This document shows, one piece after another, positions 38,436 to 48,961 of a DNA stretch of 64,000 nucleotides. Position 1 is the first letter of the stretch. Every line of letters starts with the position of its first letter. Origin of the DNA: Bacteriovoracaceae bacterium (GTDB taxonomy: Bacteria > Bdellovibrionota > Bacteriovoracia > Bacteriovoracales > Bacteriovoracaceae); contig JABIHA010000080.1 of assembly GCA_018649885.1 (NCBI GenBank), forward strand, positions 1-64,000, read 5' to 3'. Below the pieces are notes generated by a model, which had not been told where the DNA came from, searched no databases, and saw nothing but the letters and a program-made list of their open reading frames with translations. The translations under genes were made by a program, and so were the position numbers.

Positions 38436-39353
38436 TTAAATGGACATAAATTTGTCCGAGTGATCTTCACTAAGTCCACTAGAATGCTTTATGCCAAGGG
38501 AGCCATAAATATTTTTTGTGGCCTTGGATTTGTTAAGAGTATAAAAGTGGATACCCTTTGTCCCGTTGTCGATGAGATCAAAGACCTGTTCTGTTGCCCA
38601 GTGTATTCCTACTTTTTCAGCATACTCATCATCGTGAGCTCGGGCCATGGCCTTCATTAATTTTGCAGGAAAACGGGCACCGAGAGCAAGCTCACTCATG
38701 CGCTTCATAGATTTAAGAGTTGTAATTGGCATTAGCCCTGCAATGATAGGAACCTTTATACCGGCAACTTCACATCTTTCACGAAAGTCATAGAAATCTC
38801 TATTCTCAAAAAAGAGCTGAGTGCAAATATAATCTGCTCCCAAGTCTACTTTCTCTTTAAGGTATTCCATCTCTAACATTCTATTAGGGCACTCAGGGTG
38901 ACCTTCTGGAAATCCTGCGACTCCAATGCCCATGTGAGGAAAGTGCTCTTTTATAAAGCTTACTAGAGAGCCGGCGTACTCAAAACCACCCGGTGTTGGG
39001 GTGAAGCTTTTTTGACCCTTAGCTGGGTCTCCTCTTAGGGCCATAATATTGTGGATACCAGCACTGTCATAGCTTTGGAGGATTTGCTTTGTCTCTTCTT
39101 TTGTAGAGCCCACACAAGTAAGGTGAGAAACGACTTCAAGATTAGTTTGTTCTTTGAGTTTGATAAGTAAGTTCTGAGTTAAATCTCTTGTAGACCCACC
39201 TGCACCATAGGTGACACTAACAAAGCTAGGTCCTAGTGGGATCAAATCTTGGATATTTTTAAATAATGCTTCAGAAGAGGTTTTAGTTTTGGGTGGAAAA
39301 AATTCAAAGCTAATTGAAGGAGTATTTTGTTCTAAAATAGTCTTAATATGCAT
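38436..39353 (-). CDS. metF: 5,10-methylenetetrahydrofolate reductase
   Basis: SFEFFPPK, SVTYGAGG, HLTC, ALRGDP, TQLFF, HFYTLN. Confidence 0.96.
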   Translation of the reverse strand: MHIKTILEQNTPSISFEFFPPKTKTSSEALFKNIQDLIPLGPSFVSVTYGAGGSTRDLTQNLLIKLKEQTNLEVVSHLTCVGSTKEETKQILQSYDSAGIHNIMALRGDPAKGQKSFTPTPGGFEYAGSLVSFIKEHFPHMGIGVAGFPEGHPECPNRMLEMEYLKEKVDLGADYICTQLFFENRDFYDFRERCEVAGIKVPIIAGLMPITTLKSMKRMSELALGARFPAKLMKAMARAHDDEYAEKVGIHWATEQVFDLIDNGTKGIHFYTLNKSKATKNIYGSLGIKHSSGLSEDHSDKFMSI

Positions 39354-39441
39354 ATTTGGGTCCCCATTTTGCGCGAATGTTAAATGATCTCAAAAGGGGA
39401 TTATAGTGTCAAAGAAGCCTGTGCAGCAAAATTTACGGGGA

Positions 39442-40233
39442 TTAGGCCTTGAGCATATTATCGAAGGAGTTGACCATATTGTGTAGGTCTCCAGGCCATC
39501 TTGCAGAGAGGTAGTTGCCATCTTGAAAGCAGAAACCACGGCCTAGATGTTTGGGATCATCTCGGAAAATAGCTGCAGGGCCTCTGAGAAAGTGCCCCTT
39601 TTTTTCTAGTACACTCAGGATTTCATCCTCAACGGGGATTTTGTAGGTTCTATAATAATCACCTAGAAAAGATCTAGTGAGGGCCCAAGCGGTGAGTTCT
39701 TGGTTTTTTAACAAAGCCGTTGTCTTTCTTCCAAAGAGTACAGATTTGTTGGTTTTGGGGTCAATGGTTCTGGCCACCAAAAGAGGTCCATGGCAAATAG
39801 CTGCCACAGGACGATTTGCATTGAAGAAATAAAGAATGACTTCTTTTAACTTTTCAGACTCTAAAAAGCTTCTGACTCCAGGGGCGTGACCTCCAGGAAT
39901 ATAAAGGGCGTCGTATTCACTTGGAGTAATTTGATCATAGCCGATGGGCAGAGAATAATTTTTTTCTGTAATGAGAGATTCATAACAGTTAATGGCCCGT
40001 TTATTAGCTTTTAGCAGGAACTTACAAGGCCCAAGGCCTTCTCCTGAAATCATGCGTTGATCAAGAACTGATTTTTTACCATTGGGTGTAGCGAATGTAA
40101 TTTTATGGCCAAGTTTAGTCCATTCTTTCCAGGGGATCGCCACCTCGGATGGGTCGTTATCATAATCTGATAGAACAATTAAAATTTTGCTCAAGCGCTG
40201 CCTCCGTGCATTTATTTTATAGGATAATGACAC
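39442..40233 (-). CDS. DJ-1/PfpI family (class I glutamine amidotransferase-like) protein
   Basis: DPSEVAIPW, PGGH, AAICHG, SARWPGD. Confidence 0.88.
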   Translation of the reverse strand: MSLSYKINARRQRLSKILIVLSDYDNDPSEVAIPWKEWTKLGHKITFATPNGKKSVLDQRMISGEGLGPCKFLLKANKRAINCYESLITEKNYSLPIGYDQITPSEYDALYIPGGHAPGVRSFLESEKLKEVILYFFNANRPVAAICHGPLLVARTIDPKTNKSVLFGRKTTALLKNQELTAWALTRSFLGDYYRTYKIPVEDEILSVLEKKGHFLRGPAAIFRDDPKHLGRGFCFQDGNYLSARWPGDLHNMVNSFDNMLKA

Positions 40234-40237
40234 AACT

Positions 40238-40804
40238 TTACAATTTTATATCAGATCTTTTTATCTCTAGAATATCTCCAGGCCTGGGGACCATGTCTAG
40301 AGTTAAGTTGAGGATTTTAGTACGGATCAAACGCAAGGTTGGATGGTTAATAGCGGCAGTCATTCTTCTGAGCTGCCTATTTTTTCCTTCGGTGAGTATA
40401 ACTTCAAGCCAGGAAGTGGGTATATTTTTTCTGATTCTAATGGGGGGAGTTCGCTCGGCGTGGTCTGGCCGTTCACGGAGTAGGTTCACACTGCATGGTT
40501 TTGTTTGATAATTTTTAATCAGTAGACCACTTTTCATTTTCTCGATGGCATCACTGTTTGGGATGTTGTCCACTTGGACGTGATATGTTCTGGGGTGCTC
40601 TTTCTTCGGCTCAAGCAGTTGATTAATTAAAGGCCCATCATCGGTAAGAAGAATAAGACCTTCACTATCTTTATCTAGTCTACCTGCAGGGTAGATTCCT
40701 TCAGGTAGCCCTAATTCGCTTAGGTTTTTTACATCGCCTTCACTTGTAAATTGGCAGAGAACCATAAAGGGCTTGTGAACAAGGAAATATCTTTTCATGT
40801 GCAT
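40238..40804 (-). CDS. rluE: 23S rRNA pseudouridine synthase, RluE-like
   Basis: GRLDKDSEGL, ERTPPIR, EGKNRQLRRMTAA. Confidence 0.85.
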   Translation of the reverse strand: MHMKRYFLVHKPFMVLCQFTSEGDVKNLSELGLPEGIYPAGRLDKDSEGLILLTDDGPLINQLLEPKKEHPRTYHVQVDNIPNSDAIEKMKSGLLIKNYQTKPCSVNLLRERPDHAERTPPIRIRKNIPTSWLEVILTEGKNRQLRRMTAAINHPTLRLIRTKILNLTLDMVPRPGDILEIKRSDIKL

Positions 40805-40904
40805 GTTTTACCATGAGTTCAAAGGACTTTTCAAGAATAGGTGAAGTGGTGAAAAAAAGTGAACTTTATACACAATATAAAGTGTTTAGTTACGATGAAA
40901 CATT

Positions 40905-41040
40905 TGTGTAAAAAGTTTAGACACTGGTTTAATTAATTGGCCCAAATTAAAAAGGGGAGTATTGTGGCCAGGCTTGAATTTAGAGGTTTCAAGCAGTTAG
41001 TGGTGGTGCAAAGGACATATTAATTGGCAGTAATATTGCA
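40905..41040 (+). promoter_or_regulatory. Sigma54-type promoter region: palindromic upstream site, IHF-like site, -24/-12 box
   Basis: GTGTAAAAAGTTTAGACAC (about 40906-40924), TTTCAAGCAGTTA (40987-40999), TGGCAG-TAATA-TTGCA (41025-41040). Confidence 0.6.
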
Positions 41041-41078
41041 AGTAATGTCAACGTAATGTGTATTTATACAGAGGTGTT

Positions 41079-43373
41079 ATGAGAGTAATCAGTAACTTAT
41101 CCCTAATTTTATTAGGAGCATTTTTGCTTCAATTAGGAGCTGCGAGTTCTCACGCCAAAGGCTACTCCAATTTAAATTTTTATCTATCTGATAAAGGAAA
41201 GAATAAGCTGGTCTCAGAGCTTGTTCATTTTTCTAGTAGAATGCTAAAAGATAAACTTACAGAAAAATTGGATTATGCTAGCGGAAAAAAACCAGATGCA
41301 GTTGTTAAGCATGGGGTTTATCCTCAGAATTTTGGAAAAAAATCCTTTGAAAAAACTGAAATTGGTGGAATGGTTTTCGATTTTTTAAAGTCTCAAGGGC
41401 TTGCTTCTGATGGGCAAGGAGTTAAGTTTTATGTAGAGCATTCGAATATTGAAATCGATTTTGATATTGATCCTGACAACTTAAAATTGTCTATGCCTGT
41501 ACAGTCGGGATTACCTACAATTAAAGTGAGTTTTGAAATCAAAAATATTAAAATACATGTGGATGAAGTTGTTATTTGCAAAGAGGCATTTTATAGCTCA
41601 GCTGAAAAAAAATATACAAGCTGTGACAGAAGAAGCTTGAATGCCATTTTTAACACTGCTAATATTAAAATAAGAGAAGGCCATTCACTTAAAGTTGAAG
41701 TTATGGCCTTCTTTACTAAAGAAGATGATGGGCAATTAAGAATAATAATCGACTCAGATGAAACGACTTTTACCATTGCTCCCTATGACTTTGAAAGTAT
41801 AACCTTTGGGTTCAGAGCCGAGCCAATCAATATTATTAAAGACGGAGTGATCTTTGATAAGATTGATATGATGTGGATTAAAGAACTTATTTCTCCAAGG
41901 GACCACTCCTACAGGAATGAAGAAGAGAAGTGGAGGAAGGCCAAGAAACGTCAGCTTGAGCTAATCGGCCTCCTTATAAAGTATTTACGAAACTTTGCAA
42001 CTGACAGCATTGATGGGTTTCTCAATGCTTTTCTTACCGACACTAAAACGCCAATGTATCCACTCAATACAAAAGCGGGTTACACATTCCCCAAAGAAAA
42101 AATTAGTGTAAAACTCAATAGTGCTGGAGAATTACCAGAAGATGCTATCCTAATGGACAGAATCTATTTTTACCTTACTGAAGCGAACTTAAAGCTCAAG
42201 CAATTTGAGTTAAGAGTTAGAAATCCTGAAGCGGCCAATGACCTTAACAAGCTTGAACTTCTGACTAACTCTCAGTTTTCACTAACCTATCTAGATAAAA
42301 GTGACAGAAAATACTATGAGGTTTTCACTGAAGACCAGGCGAGTATCAGAGCAGGGGCCAATCCTTATGATCCCTACGAATTTTTAGCTCCAATGGCAAG
42401 CTATCTTGGGGCGACTACTAACGGGCGTGAGAGATATGATTTCTCGGCCTCTGTTGGAGAGCCTTTACTCGATGGAATAACAACTGTTCTTCAACGAGTA
42501 TTACTCGGAAACGATGCATTTAATATTATAGAGGACGAGAATATTAAAGTAATTGGTCTTAGAACATATGTGGGACTTCCTCAGCATAATTATGAATATA
42601 TAGCAGCAAACTATCCATTATTTGATTTGAAAGAAAAGCTGTATGTGACTGCCTTAGTCGATTTAAACTTAAAGGGCATGTGCGAAGGTGGCTCCTTCTT
42701 TAGTACTGAAACACACGGGATATGTGGTTCTAACTATTATACTCAATTTGGTATCGATACCAGTAAAATTCGTATTCCACTAACATTTGCTATTATCCCC
42801 GAAATTGTAAGGCGTAGAGAAAACTGTGAGTGTCAAGATGTCGACTTTGTTGATGATGCAGAAGTGGGGATGTGCTATATGGGCAAGGGTCCTCAAATCG
42901 ATTTTAGTAGCCCGATAGGTGCATGCCAATCCCTAAAGCTCAAAATTGAGTCTCCATTTTGGGAAGATACTTCAAGTGGAGTTGTTAATTTTGTTAATCC
43001 TTTTTCACATACTGAGCAGATTAGTTTAGTGCAAGATGCTTACTTTGTTTCTATTAAAAATAGGATCAAAATAAAAGTTCGACAGACTGTAGAAAGAGCG
43101 CTCAGTAATCGTGATGATGAAGACAATAAAAAATATGATGTGAATGGAATCTTTGCAGGTGAGGGATCTCAAAGTATTTTTTGGAATCCTAGAACCAGAC
43201 AAAAAACTTTTAATTTGGAATTTTCAATTGATGATTTGTTAAATCAACGTGGAATCTATATTAAGGCAGGAGAAATTGAGATGACAAGAAGTGGTCATCT
43301 TCTTTTACATGGTGATTTTGATTATATAGACTTTTTTCATATGACCCTCCAACCTTATGAGGTGGTACAGTGA
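41079..43373 (+). CDS. Large secreted hypothetical protein, possibly BPI/LBP (TULIP)-like
   Basis: GAGGT RBS, signal peptide; NLNFYLSDKG and DFSASVGEPLLD resemble BPI/LBP domain starts. Confidence 0.7.
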   Translation: MRVISNLSLILLGAFLLQLGAASSHAKGYSNLNFYLSDKGKNKLVSELVHFSSRMLKDKLTEKLDYASGKKPDAVVKHGVYPQNFGKKSFEKTEIGGMVFDFLKSQGLASDGQGVKFYVEHSNIEIDFDIDPDNLKLSMPVQSGLPTIKVSFEIKNIKIHVDEVVICKEAFYSSAEKKYTSCDRRSLNAIFNTANIKIREGHSLKVEVMAFFTKEDDGQLRIIIDSDETTFTIAPYDFESITFGFRAEPINIIKDGVIFDKIDMMWIKELISPRDHSYRNEEEKWRKAKKRQLELIGLLIKYLRNFATDSIDGFLNAFLTDTKTPMYPLNTKAGYTFPKEKISVKLNSAGELPEDAILMDRIYFYLTEANLKLKQFELRVRNPEAANDLNKLELLTNSQFSLTYLDKSDRKYYEVFTEDQASIRAGANPYDPYEFLAPMASYLGATTNGRERYDFSASVGEPLLDGITTVLQRVLLGNDAFNIIEDENIKVIGLRTYVGLPQHNYEYIAANYPLFDLKEKLYVTALVDLNLKGMCEGGSFFSTETHGICGSNYYTQFGIDTSKIRIPLTFAIIPEIVRRRENCECQDVDFVDDAEVGMCYMGKGPQIDFSSPIGACQSLKLKIESPFWEDTSSGVVNFVNPFSHTEQISLVQDAYFVSIKNRIKIKVRQTVERALSNRDDEDNKKYDVNGIFAGEGSQSIFWNPRTRQKTFNLEFSIDDLLNQRGIYIKAGEIEMTRSGHLLLHGDFDYIDFFHMTLQPYEVVQ

Positions 43374-45805
43374 AAAACCATATTGAAATGTCACTCCTAA
43401 TGATAATTGCAGCTATTTTATGCCCGAAGGCATATAGCGATATTTTAACTCGTGGTGCGACTCCAGATATTATAGTCGATGCAAAACTCGATAAAATTCA
43501 AAGTGGACCTGTTTTAAATAAGGTCAGAACACTTCTAGAAAATTTTGATATTGGAGATCCTTTAAACTCAACTTATGATAAACCCTTCGATCTTGTAGAG
43601 TCAGAACTCAGGTGTATGATTCCTAAAAAGGGAAAAGACTTAATAAATGATTTATTTATGTATGAAACAGTTCAAAGGGCCATGAGAGTTAAACTCGGTG
43701 CTAAAGTTGAAAGACTTCATTACAATTTCACAGAATTCCATATGGATGTTAAAGAGTTTTCTCCTCAAGATGATAAACTCATTGTAAAGGCCGATTTCTT
43801 AATTGGATCTCTCTCGATTGGTGCTGATAATGTTCAGGTTGATTTGCAAAAATGTAAAAATGCAAGTCGATTTGAAGAGGCTGAAATAAAGTCTTGTGAA
43901 GAAATAGAAAGAGAAATTGAAGAATATGCCCAAGGAATTCACCCAATCCTATCTCCCGAAGAAGAGGAGATAAAAAGATATTCTTGGTGTCCTGGTGGAA
44001 AAGAAGATGTTTATAGCCTAGTTAAACTTAATATTCCAGAAGTTAAAATTGTCATCAAGTCTGATACTTCTATTAGAATACCTGTGGAATTTGAAGTGAT
44101 TTTAGAGGAAGAAACAATTAGAGTTGATATTCTTGAAGCCGACTTTTCTCTTGTAAAAACACACTTAGAAAAATATGCCACTCCAAATGATGGGTCAGAG
44201 GCAGTACTTTTAAGCAATGGAGAAAAGGCCATCGAGATTTTTAATCAACCTACCCAGATTGAAGGGATTGATGGAATCCAGAGTGGGGCAACGCAGATGT
44301 ATTCTCAAGAGGCCATGAAAGATTTGATCACTCAAAACACTCCAAGAATTAAGGGAATGCTTTCAACGATTGTAAGTGATTTACTTGATAAGCAAGATTA
44401 TCGAGGTAAATCATACGGGTTAAAATTACTAGAACTGCTTGAGGGAATTACCTGGGATAAAAAATATTGGTTTGAGCATGCAGATATGTTTAGTCATATT
44501 ATTGTAAATAGCTTAGATAATCTTCATTCAAAAAGTCTGGAAATTAATCTGCCAGGTGACTTTTGTACTAAAGGTAAAAAAGAAAGGCACGAGGAGGATT
44601 GTGTTAAAAGAAAATTCAAAACGACAAAACCAAGGCTCTCAAGGCTTACTCAGGAAAATCTTGATGAGTCTAGAAGAGTTATTGAAAGAGAAATAAGTGA
44701 CCCAGGAAATGATTCAAATATTATTTTGAGTGTGAGTGAAGACTATATTAATAAGCTAATCCTAACTACCTATGATGCAAAATTGTGGGATGATTCACTG
44801 AGAGCAAGTGGTATTGAGCTTGGTGACAAAAAGGCTTTTGTTGTTTTTGATAAGGAAATTAGAGATGATGGGCAGGTAAGAAAAAGAGCAAAAATGTATA
44901 TGGATATCGTTTATAAACCAGATGGTGTGAAATCATTTTTTCTTGGAACAAAACGTGTTCACTTCCCGCTGATTGCTGAGATTAAATCAAGAGTAGAGTC
45001 TTGGCCCATTGATAGCGACTGTCTTATAGTTTTAAAAAATGATAGAGATTATGTTGAATTTTATTCATCTATTACAGAAAACAATGCTGTGGATGACAGT
45101 AAATGGCCCACTTGTATTGATGACCATGGCGAGAAAAGAGATAAAATTCAAGTTGATCTAAGAACGGTTAGAAATAACCATGAACTTAACTCTGTACCTA
45201 TTTACCTACTTACAATTGATAGCGTTAATGTGGATGAAGATCTTATATTAAATGGTGATAGAGAATATGGACTCCCTGGTATTGCGACTAAGCCTGAGAG
45301 AATTAAAGGCAAAAAAAGAGAGAAAAAAGAGAATGTTAAGTTTTGGAAGAAAAAAGTTTATGGATATATTAAAGATGAGCTCTTAAAAACTGAGGGGAAA
45401 GATATACTTAGCTTTGCTTATCCAGAACTTCGAAATATAAATATGCCTAACTCAGAGTTTAAATCTGACGGAGAGGGAAGGATGAATGTGACCCTCAAAA
45501 TTAGCTCAAAAGAGAAATCTCAGGTAGAAGATATCGCTCGTAGAGAAGAAGAAGCTGCCAGACGAAGTGAATTTGAAGTGCAAAATATTGTAACTCCTGA
45601 CTCAACACCTCCCAGGGAAGAATTTGTAACAACCCAAACTAAGGCAGAGAACGATACCGAAGAAGGCGAGGATGGAATGAAAGCTGTTTCTCTTGAAACT
45701 GAAATTGAAGTAGATCCTAATGTTTTGGTTATAGACAAATTGCCTATAGAAACAGAGATCGAAAAAGGGATTCCTGAAGAGGAAACTGAAGCGTTATCCG
45801 AGTAA
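43370..45805 (+). CDS. Large secreted hypothetical protein, possibly BPI/LBP (TULIP)-like, with acidic tail
   Basis: GTGA overlap with the upstream gene; signal peptide; IILSVSEDYINKLILTTYDAKLW. Confidence 0.7.
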   Translation: MKNHIEMSLLMIIAAILCPKAYSDILTRGATPDIIVDAKLDKIQSGPVLNKVRTLLENFDIGDPLNSTYDKPFDLVESELRCMIPKKGKDLINDLFMYETVQRAMRVKLGAKVERLHYNFTEFHMDVKEFSPQDDKLIVKADFLIGSLSIGADNVQVDLQKCKNASRFEEAEIKSCEEIEREIEEYAQGIHPILSPEEEEIKRYSWCPGGKEDVYSLVKLNIPEVKIVIKSDTSIRIPVEFEVILEEETIRVDILEADFSLVKTHLEKYATPNDGSEAVLLSNGEKAIEIFNQPTQIEGIDGIQSGATQMYSQEAMKDLITQNTPRIKGMLSTIVSDLLDKQDYRGKSYGLKLLELLEGITWDKKYWFEHADMFSHIIVNSLDNLHSKSLEINLPGDFCTKGKKERHEEDCVKRKFKTTKPRLSRLTQENLDESRRVIEREISDPGNDSNIILSVSEDYINKLILTTYDAKLWDDSLRASGIELGDKKAFVVFDKEIRDDGQVRKRAKMYMDIVYKPDGVKSFFLGTKRVHFPLIAEIKSRVESWPIDSDCLIVLKNDRDYVEFYSSITENNAVDDSKWPTCIDDHGEKRDKIQVDLRTVRNNHELNSVPIYLLTIDSVNVDEDLILNGDREYGLPGIATKPERIKGKKREKKENVKFWKKKVYGYIKDELLKTEGKDILSFAYPELRNINMPNSEFKSDGEGRMNVTLKISSKEKSQVEDIARREEEAARRSEFEVQNIVTPDSTPPREEFVTTQTKAENDTEEGEDGMKAVSLETEIEVDPNVLVIDKLPIETEIEKGIPEEETEALSE

Positions 45806-45812
45806 AAAAACT

Positions 45813-46970
45813 TTAAATCTCATCAAAATTTGTAAAATATTGAAATAGGTCAGCTCCTTCTGGAGCCGCTGCCGATGCAAAATGGTTAATTAACAAAAGG
45901 TCTTCTTGCGCAAGTATTGGATGCTCGCATTTTTCGATTTCTTCAAGGCGTTCTAGCCCCATAAAGCTGAGTATTGTCGCCAATTTCTCACCCTTTTTAA
46001 CAATTTCACCAGGAGTTTTATGGTAATCGACCAGGCCTCCCATGGGAGCGTGATAGGTCTTAAAATTTTCTAACTTACAATAGACTTGCTTGGGACTTTT
46101 AACTTCCATGCCTTGATCAATGACACCTTTTAGGTGCAGGAAGTTTAGAATCTTACTCGCCTCAACTTGGGCCCTCTCAAGTTCAATTACTTCTTCTCCA
46201 CAAAGCTCTATTGTGTATGACTCGAAGTCAATTTGGATATCATCTCTTCCTCTTTTAGAGAGCTCATCTTTTAAACTCCACCAAGGACAAAAAGTGGCCT
46301 CATCAAGTGCGCCCGCAAACTCATTAGGGATGACGATATAGTTGGGGAAATTTAACTGAAGGGCACTCTCTTTACAGTATTCGGGTGTGTAAACATAGTG
46401 AGTGGCCACAGGAGCAGTATGAAGATCAAATACATAATCGGCACGAGCTGCCATCTCTTGAAGTGTTAAGCATAGTTTATTGGGGAAATGCATACCGTGG
46501 ATTTTTACGTCCTCCCATTTTTTGTTAATGGAGTTTTGGATTTCCTCTTGAAAAAACTTTTTAATTTCACTCCATGGTTTTTCACCGTGTTCATCACAAA
46601 ATGGTGATAATCCTATTCTAATAGAATCATCACCTCTTTCTGATTTATCGATTGTATCAAAATATGTTCGGTTATAGTTTTCGCCAGAAATTGGGTCGAT
46701 TCGTCCAAATGTATAATCACCCATTTTTAAACATCCACCTAGTGGGTTGGCGTGCGGGACAATTGTAAAACTTCCTTTAAACGGAAGACTTTTTAAGGCC
46801 GACATTATTTTATAGATTACAGCATTGCCTTGAAGTTCTGCTCCATGAACAGAGGATTGAATGTATATATGGGGGCCGGGAATTTCTGAATCTAGATTAA
46901 ACACAAGTATATCTTGAGTTTGACCATTCACTTTTCTGGCTATGGTTTTCCTTTCTTTGGTAAATTTCAT
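45813..46970 (-). CDS. Succinylglutamate desuccinylase/aspartoacylase (AstE/AspA) family zinc hydrolase
   Basis: SVHGAE, NYNR, DLHT, TIEL; 1-bp gap after lysA. Confidence 0.85.
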   Translation of the reverse strand: MKFTKERKTIARKVNGQTQDILVFNLDSEIPGPHIYIQSSVHGAELQGNAVIYKIMSALKSLPFKGSFTIVPHANPLGGCLKMGDYTFGRIDPISGENYNRTYFDTIDKSERGDDSIRIGLSPFCDEHGEKPWSEIKKFFQEEIQNSINKKWEDVKIHGMHFPNKLCLTLQEMAARADYVFDLHTAPVATHYVYTPEYCKESALQLNFPNYIVIPNEFAGALDEATFCPWWSLKDELSKRGRDDIQIDFESYTIELCGEEVIELERAQVEASKILNFLHLKGVIDQGMEVKSPKQVYCKLENFKTYHAPMGGLVDYHKTPGEIVKKGEKLATILSFMGLERLEEIEKCEHPILAQEDLLLINHFASAAAPEGADLFQYFTNFDEI

Positions 46971-46971
46971 T

Positions 46972-48195
46972 TTATTTCATCCATTCAGAGGGAGGGCCAG
47001 GCCTTCTTATAAAGTTAATTTCGCCTTCATCAAAGATGGCCTCACCAGGGAGAGTATGACACAGGAAAAAAGGCATGCTCTCTGTAAATCCGTAGGCACC
47101 ACAATGTGTGAAGGCAATCCAATCATCGATTTGTATATTTGTACTTAGCTTAAATGTTCCCAAGCGGTCTAGAGCTGTACAAAGTGGGCCGTGTAGCGAG
47201 TATTCTATTTTTTTATCAGCACTTTGATCTTTAAGGGATGTACAAGGAAAGTAGCTATCCGTGAGGACAGGTCTCAATATATGATTGACTCCCCCTTCAG
47301 TAATAATAAGGTTTTCACCTCTTACTTTTTTCATATCTCCCACCTTCGTGAGATAACTCCCTATAGGTCCCGTTAAAATGCGGCCCAACTCTAGCCACAA
47401 CTCTTCAAGGCCACTTTCTTTTTTTAATTTTTGAAGAATGCTTTTAACACTGGCCAGATCTAGCTCATCACCGCTTTGCTCATAATCTAGTCCAAGTCCA
47501 CCACCAAGATCGACCACTCGAATGGGAAGAGAGAGTTTATTTGCGAACTTTTTTGAAAGAGTTATAATATGCTTCCAAATACTTTCTAGCTCACCACTAT
47601 CAGTGATATTCCCCCATTGAAAGGCATGAATTCCTTTAAAATTGAGAACCTTAAAATAATCTTTCTTAGCAAGGGCATTTTCCCATTCATCTGGCGTCAT
47701 ACCAAAGGGGGTTTTTTGATTGCCACCGAGGACGCTAAATTTTGTTGTCTCCCATTCCAGTTGGAATCTTAAAAGGATATCTATATCGCTAACCCCGTTG
47801 TCTGCGCAAATTTGATAGAGGTCATCTAGTTGGCGAGGTCCTTCGAGCACAAATGTTTTAACTCCAGAGTTAACTAGGGTTTCCAGGTACTTCCTCGACT
47901 TCAAAGGACCCGTACACAAAATATTTTCTGGAGGGAAACCAGACTTTAGCCCGGCAATGAGTTCACCCTCGCTAGCGACATCCAGGCCAAGGTCTTGGCC
48001 TGCAATAGTTTTCAAAATACTAGAAAGGGGATTTGCTTTACAGGCATACCAAAGTTTTATCCCTGGAGTTCTTAGTAACTGAATACGCTCAGAAAGTTGG
48101 TCCAACCTGTAAATAAAAAATGGATGCTCGCAGTTCTTTGCAAACTCTGTGAGACTCTTCCAAAAACTGGAGCTATAATCCACCATTTTCTCCAT
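46972..48195 (-). CDS. lysA: Diaminopimelate decarboxylase-like group IV PLP decarboxylase
   Basis: YACKAN, DVASEGE, DLGGGLG, ELGR, GPLC, GAYG; operon context. Confidence 0.8.
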   Translation of the reverse strand: MEKMVDYSSSFWKSLTEFAKNCEHPFFIYRLDQLSERIQLLRTPGIKLWYACKANPLSSILKTIAGQDLGLDVASEGELIAGLKSGFPPENILCTGPLKSRKYLETLVNSGVKTFVLEGPRQLDDLYQICADNGVSDIDILLRFQLEWETTKFSVLGGNQKTPFGMTPDEWENALAKKDYFKVLNFKGIHAFQWGNITDSGELESIWKHIITLSKKFANKLSLPIRVVDLGGGLGLDYEQSGDELDLASVKSILQKLKKESGLEELWLELGRILTGPIGSYLTKVGDMKKVRGENLIITEGGVNHILRPVLTDSYFPCTSLKDQSADKKIEYSLHGPLCTALDRLGTFKLSTNIQIDDWIAFTHCGAYGFTESMPFFLCHTLPGEAIFDEGEINFIRRPGPPSEWMK

Positions 48196-48944
48196 TATCT
48201 CAGTGCATCCTCAAGGGCCAAAGAAGCATTAGATTTTTCATCACGGTATTTAATAATAATAGGGCAATTGATATTGAGTCCTTGCTCGTGACCCCAAAAT
48301 TGACCATGTGAAACGGGTCTTGTTCCTGGAACAACTACTGCATTTTCTGGAATGTCGGCACCTCTTTCTAAGATTTTTTGGTTAACGATATCGTAAACAG
48401 GTGTGGCCTTAGAAAGAATAACTCCAGGAGCAATGACGGCCCCTTTTCTGACACAAATTCCCTCTACTATGACAGCTCCTGCTCCAATAAAGCAGTCGTC
48501 TTCGATCACAACTGGCGCAAGTCCTATTGGTTCGAGAACTCCTCCGATTTGAACACCTGCTGAAAGGTGAACATTTTTTCCAATCTGAGCACAACTTCCA
48601 ACGAGGGCATGGCTGTCAATCATCGTACCTGCATCTACGTAGGCACCAATATTGATATAGGCCGGTGGCATGATGACGACACCTCTTGCTACGAATGAGC
48701 CTCTTCTTACTGATGATCCACCGGGGACAAGTCTAATTCCTTGTTCTGGGGTGAAATCTCTGGCCCAGATATTGTGTTTGTCTACAAAACCATCTTTTTC
48801 AGTGAGAATCCCTGCTCTAAAAACTTCCAGGATACCCTCTTTGACACTTGTATTGGCACTCCAGTTTCCCTTGTCATCTTTTACTGCTGCTCTTACTTCG
48901 CCGGACTGTAGTTGATCTAACAACATTTCCAATTTATCACTCAT
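48195..48944 (-). CDS. dapD: Tetrahydrodipicolinate N-succinyltransferase
   Basis: [34 protein letters not shown]. Confidence 0.95.
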   Translation of the reverse strand: MSDKLEMLLDQLQSGEVRAAVKDDKGNWSANTSVKEGILEVFRAGILTEKDGFVDKHNIWARDFTPEQGIRLVPGGSSVRRGSFVARGVVIMPPAYINIGAYVDAGTMIDSHALVGSCAQIGKNVHLSAGVQIGGVLEPIGLAPVVIEDDCFIGAGAVIVEGICVRKGAVIAPGVILSKATPVYDIVNQKILERGADIPENAVVVPGTRPVSHGQFWGHEQGLNINCPIIIKYRDEKSNASLALEDALR

Positions 48945-48961
48945 TACTTTTCACCTTTATC

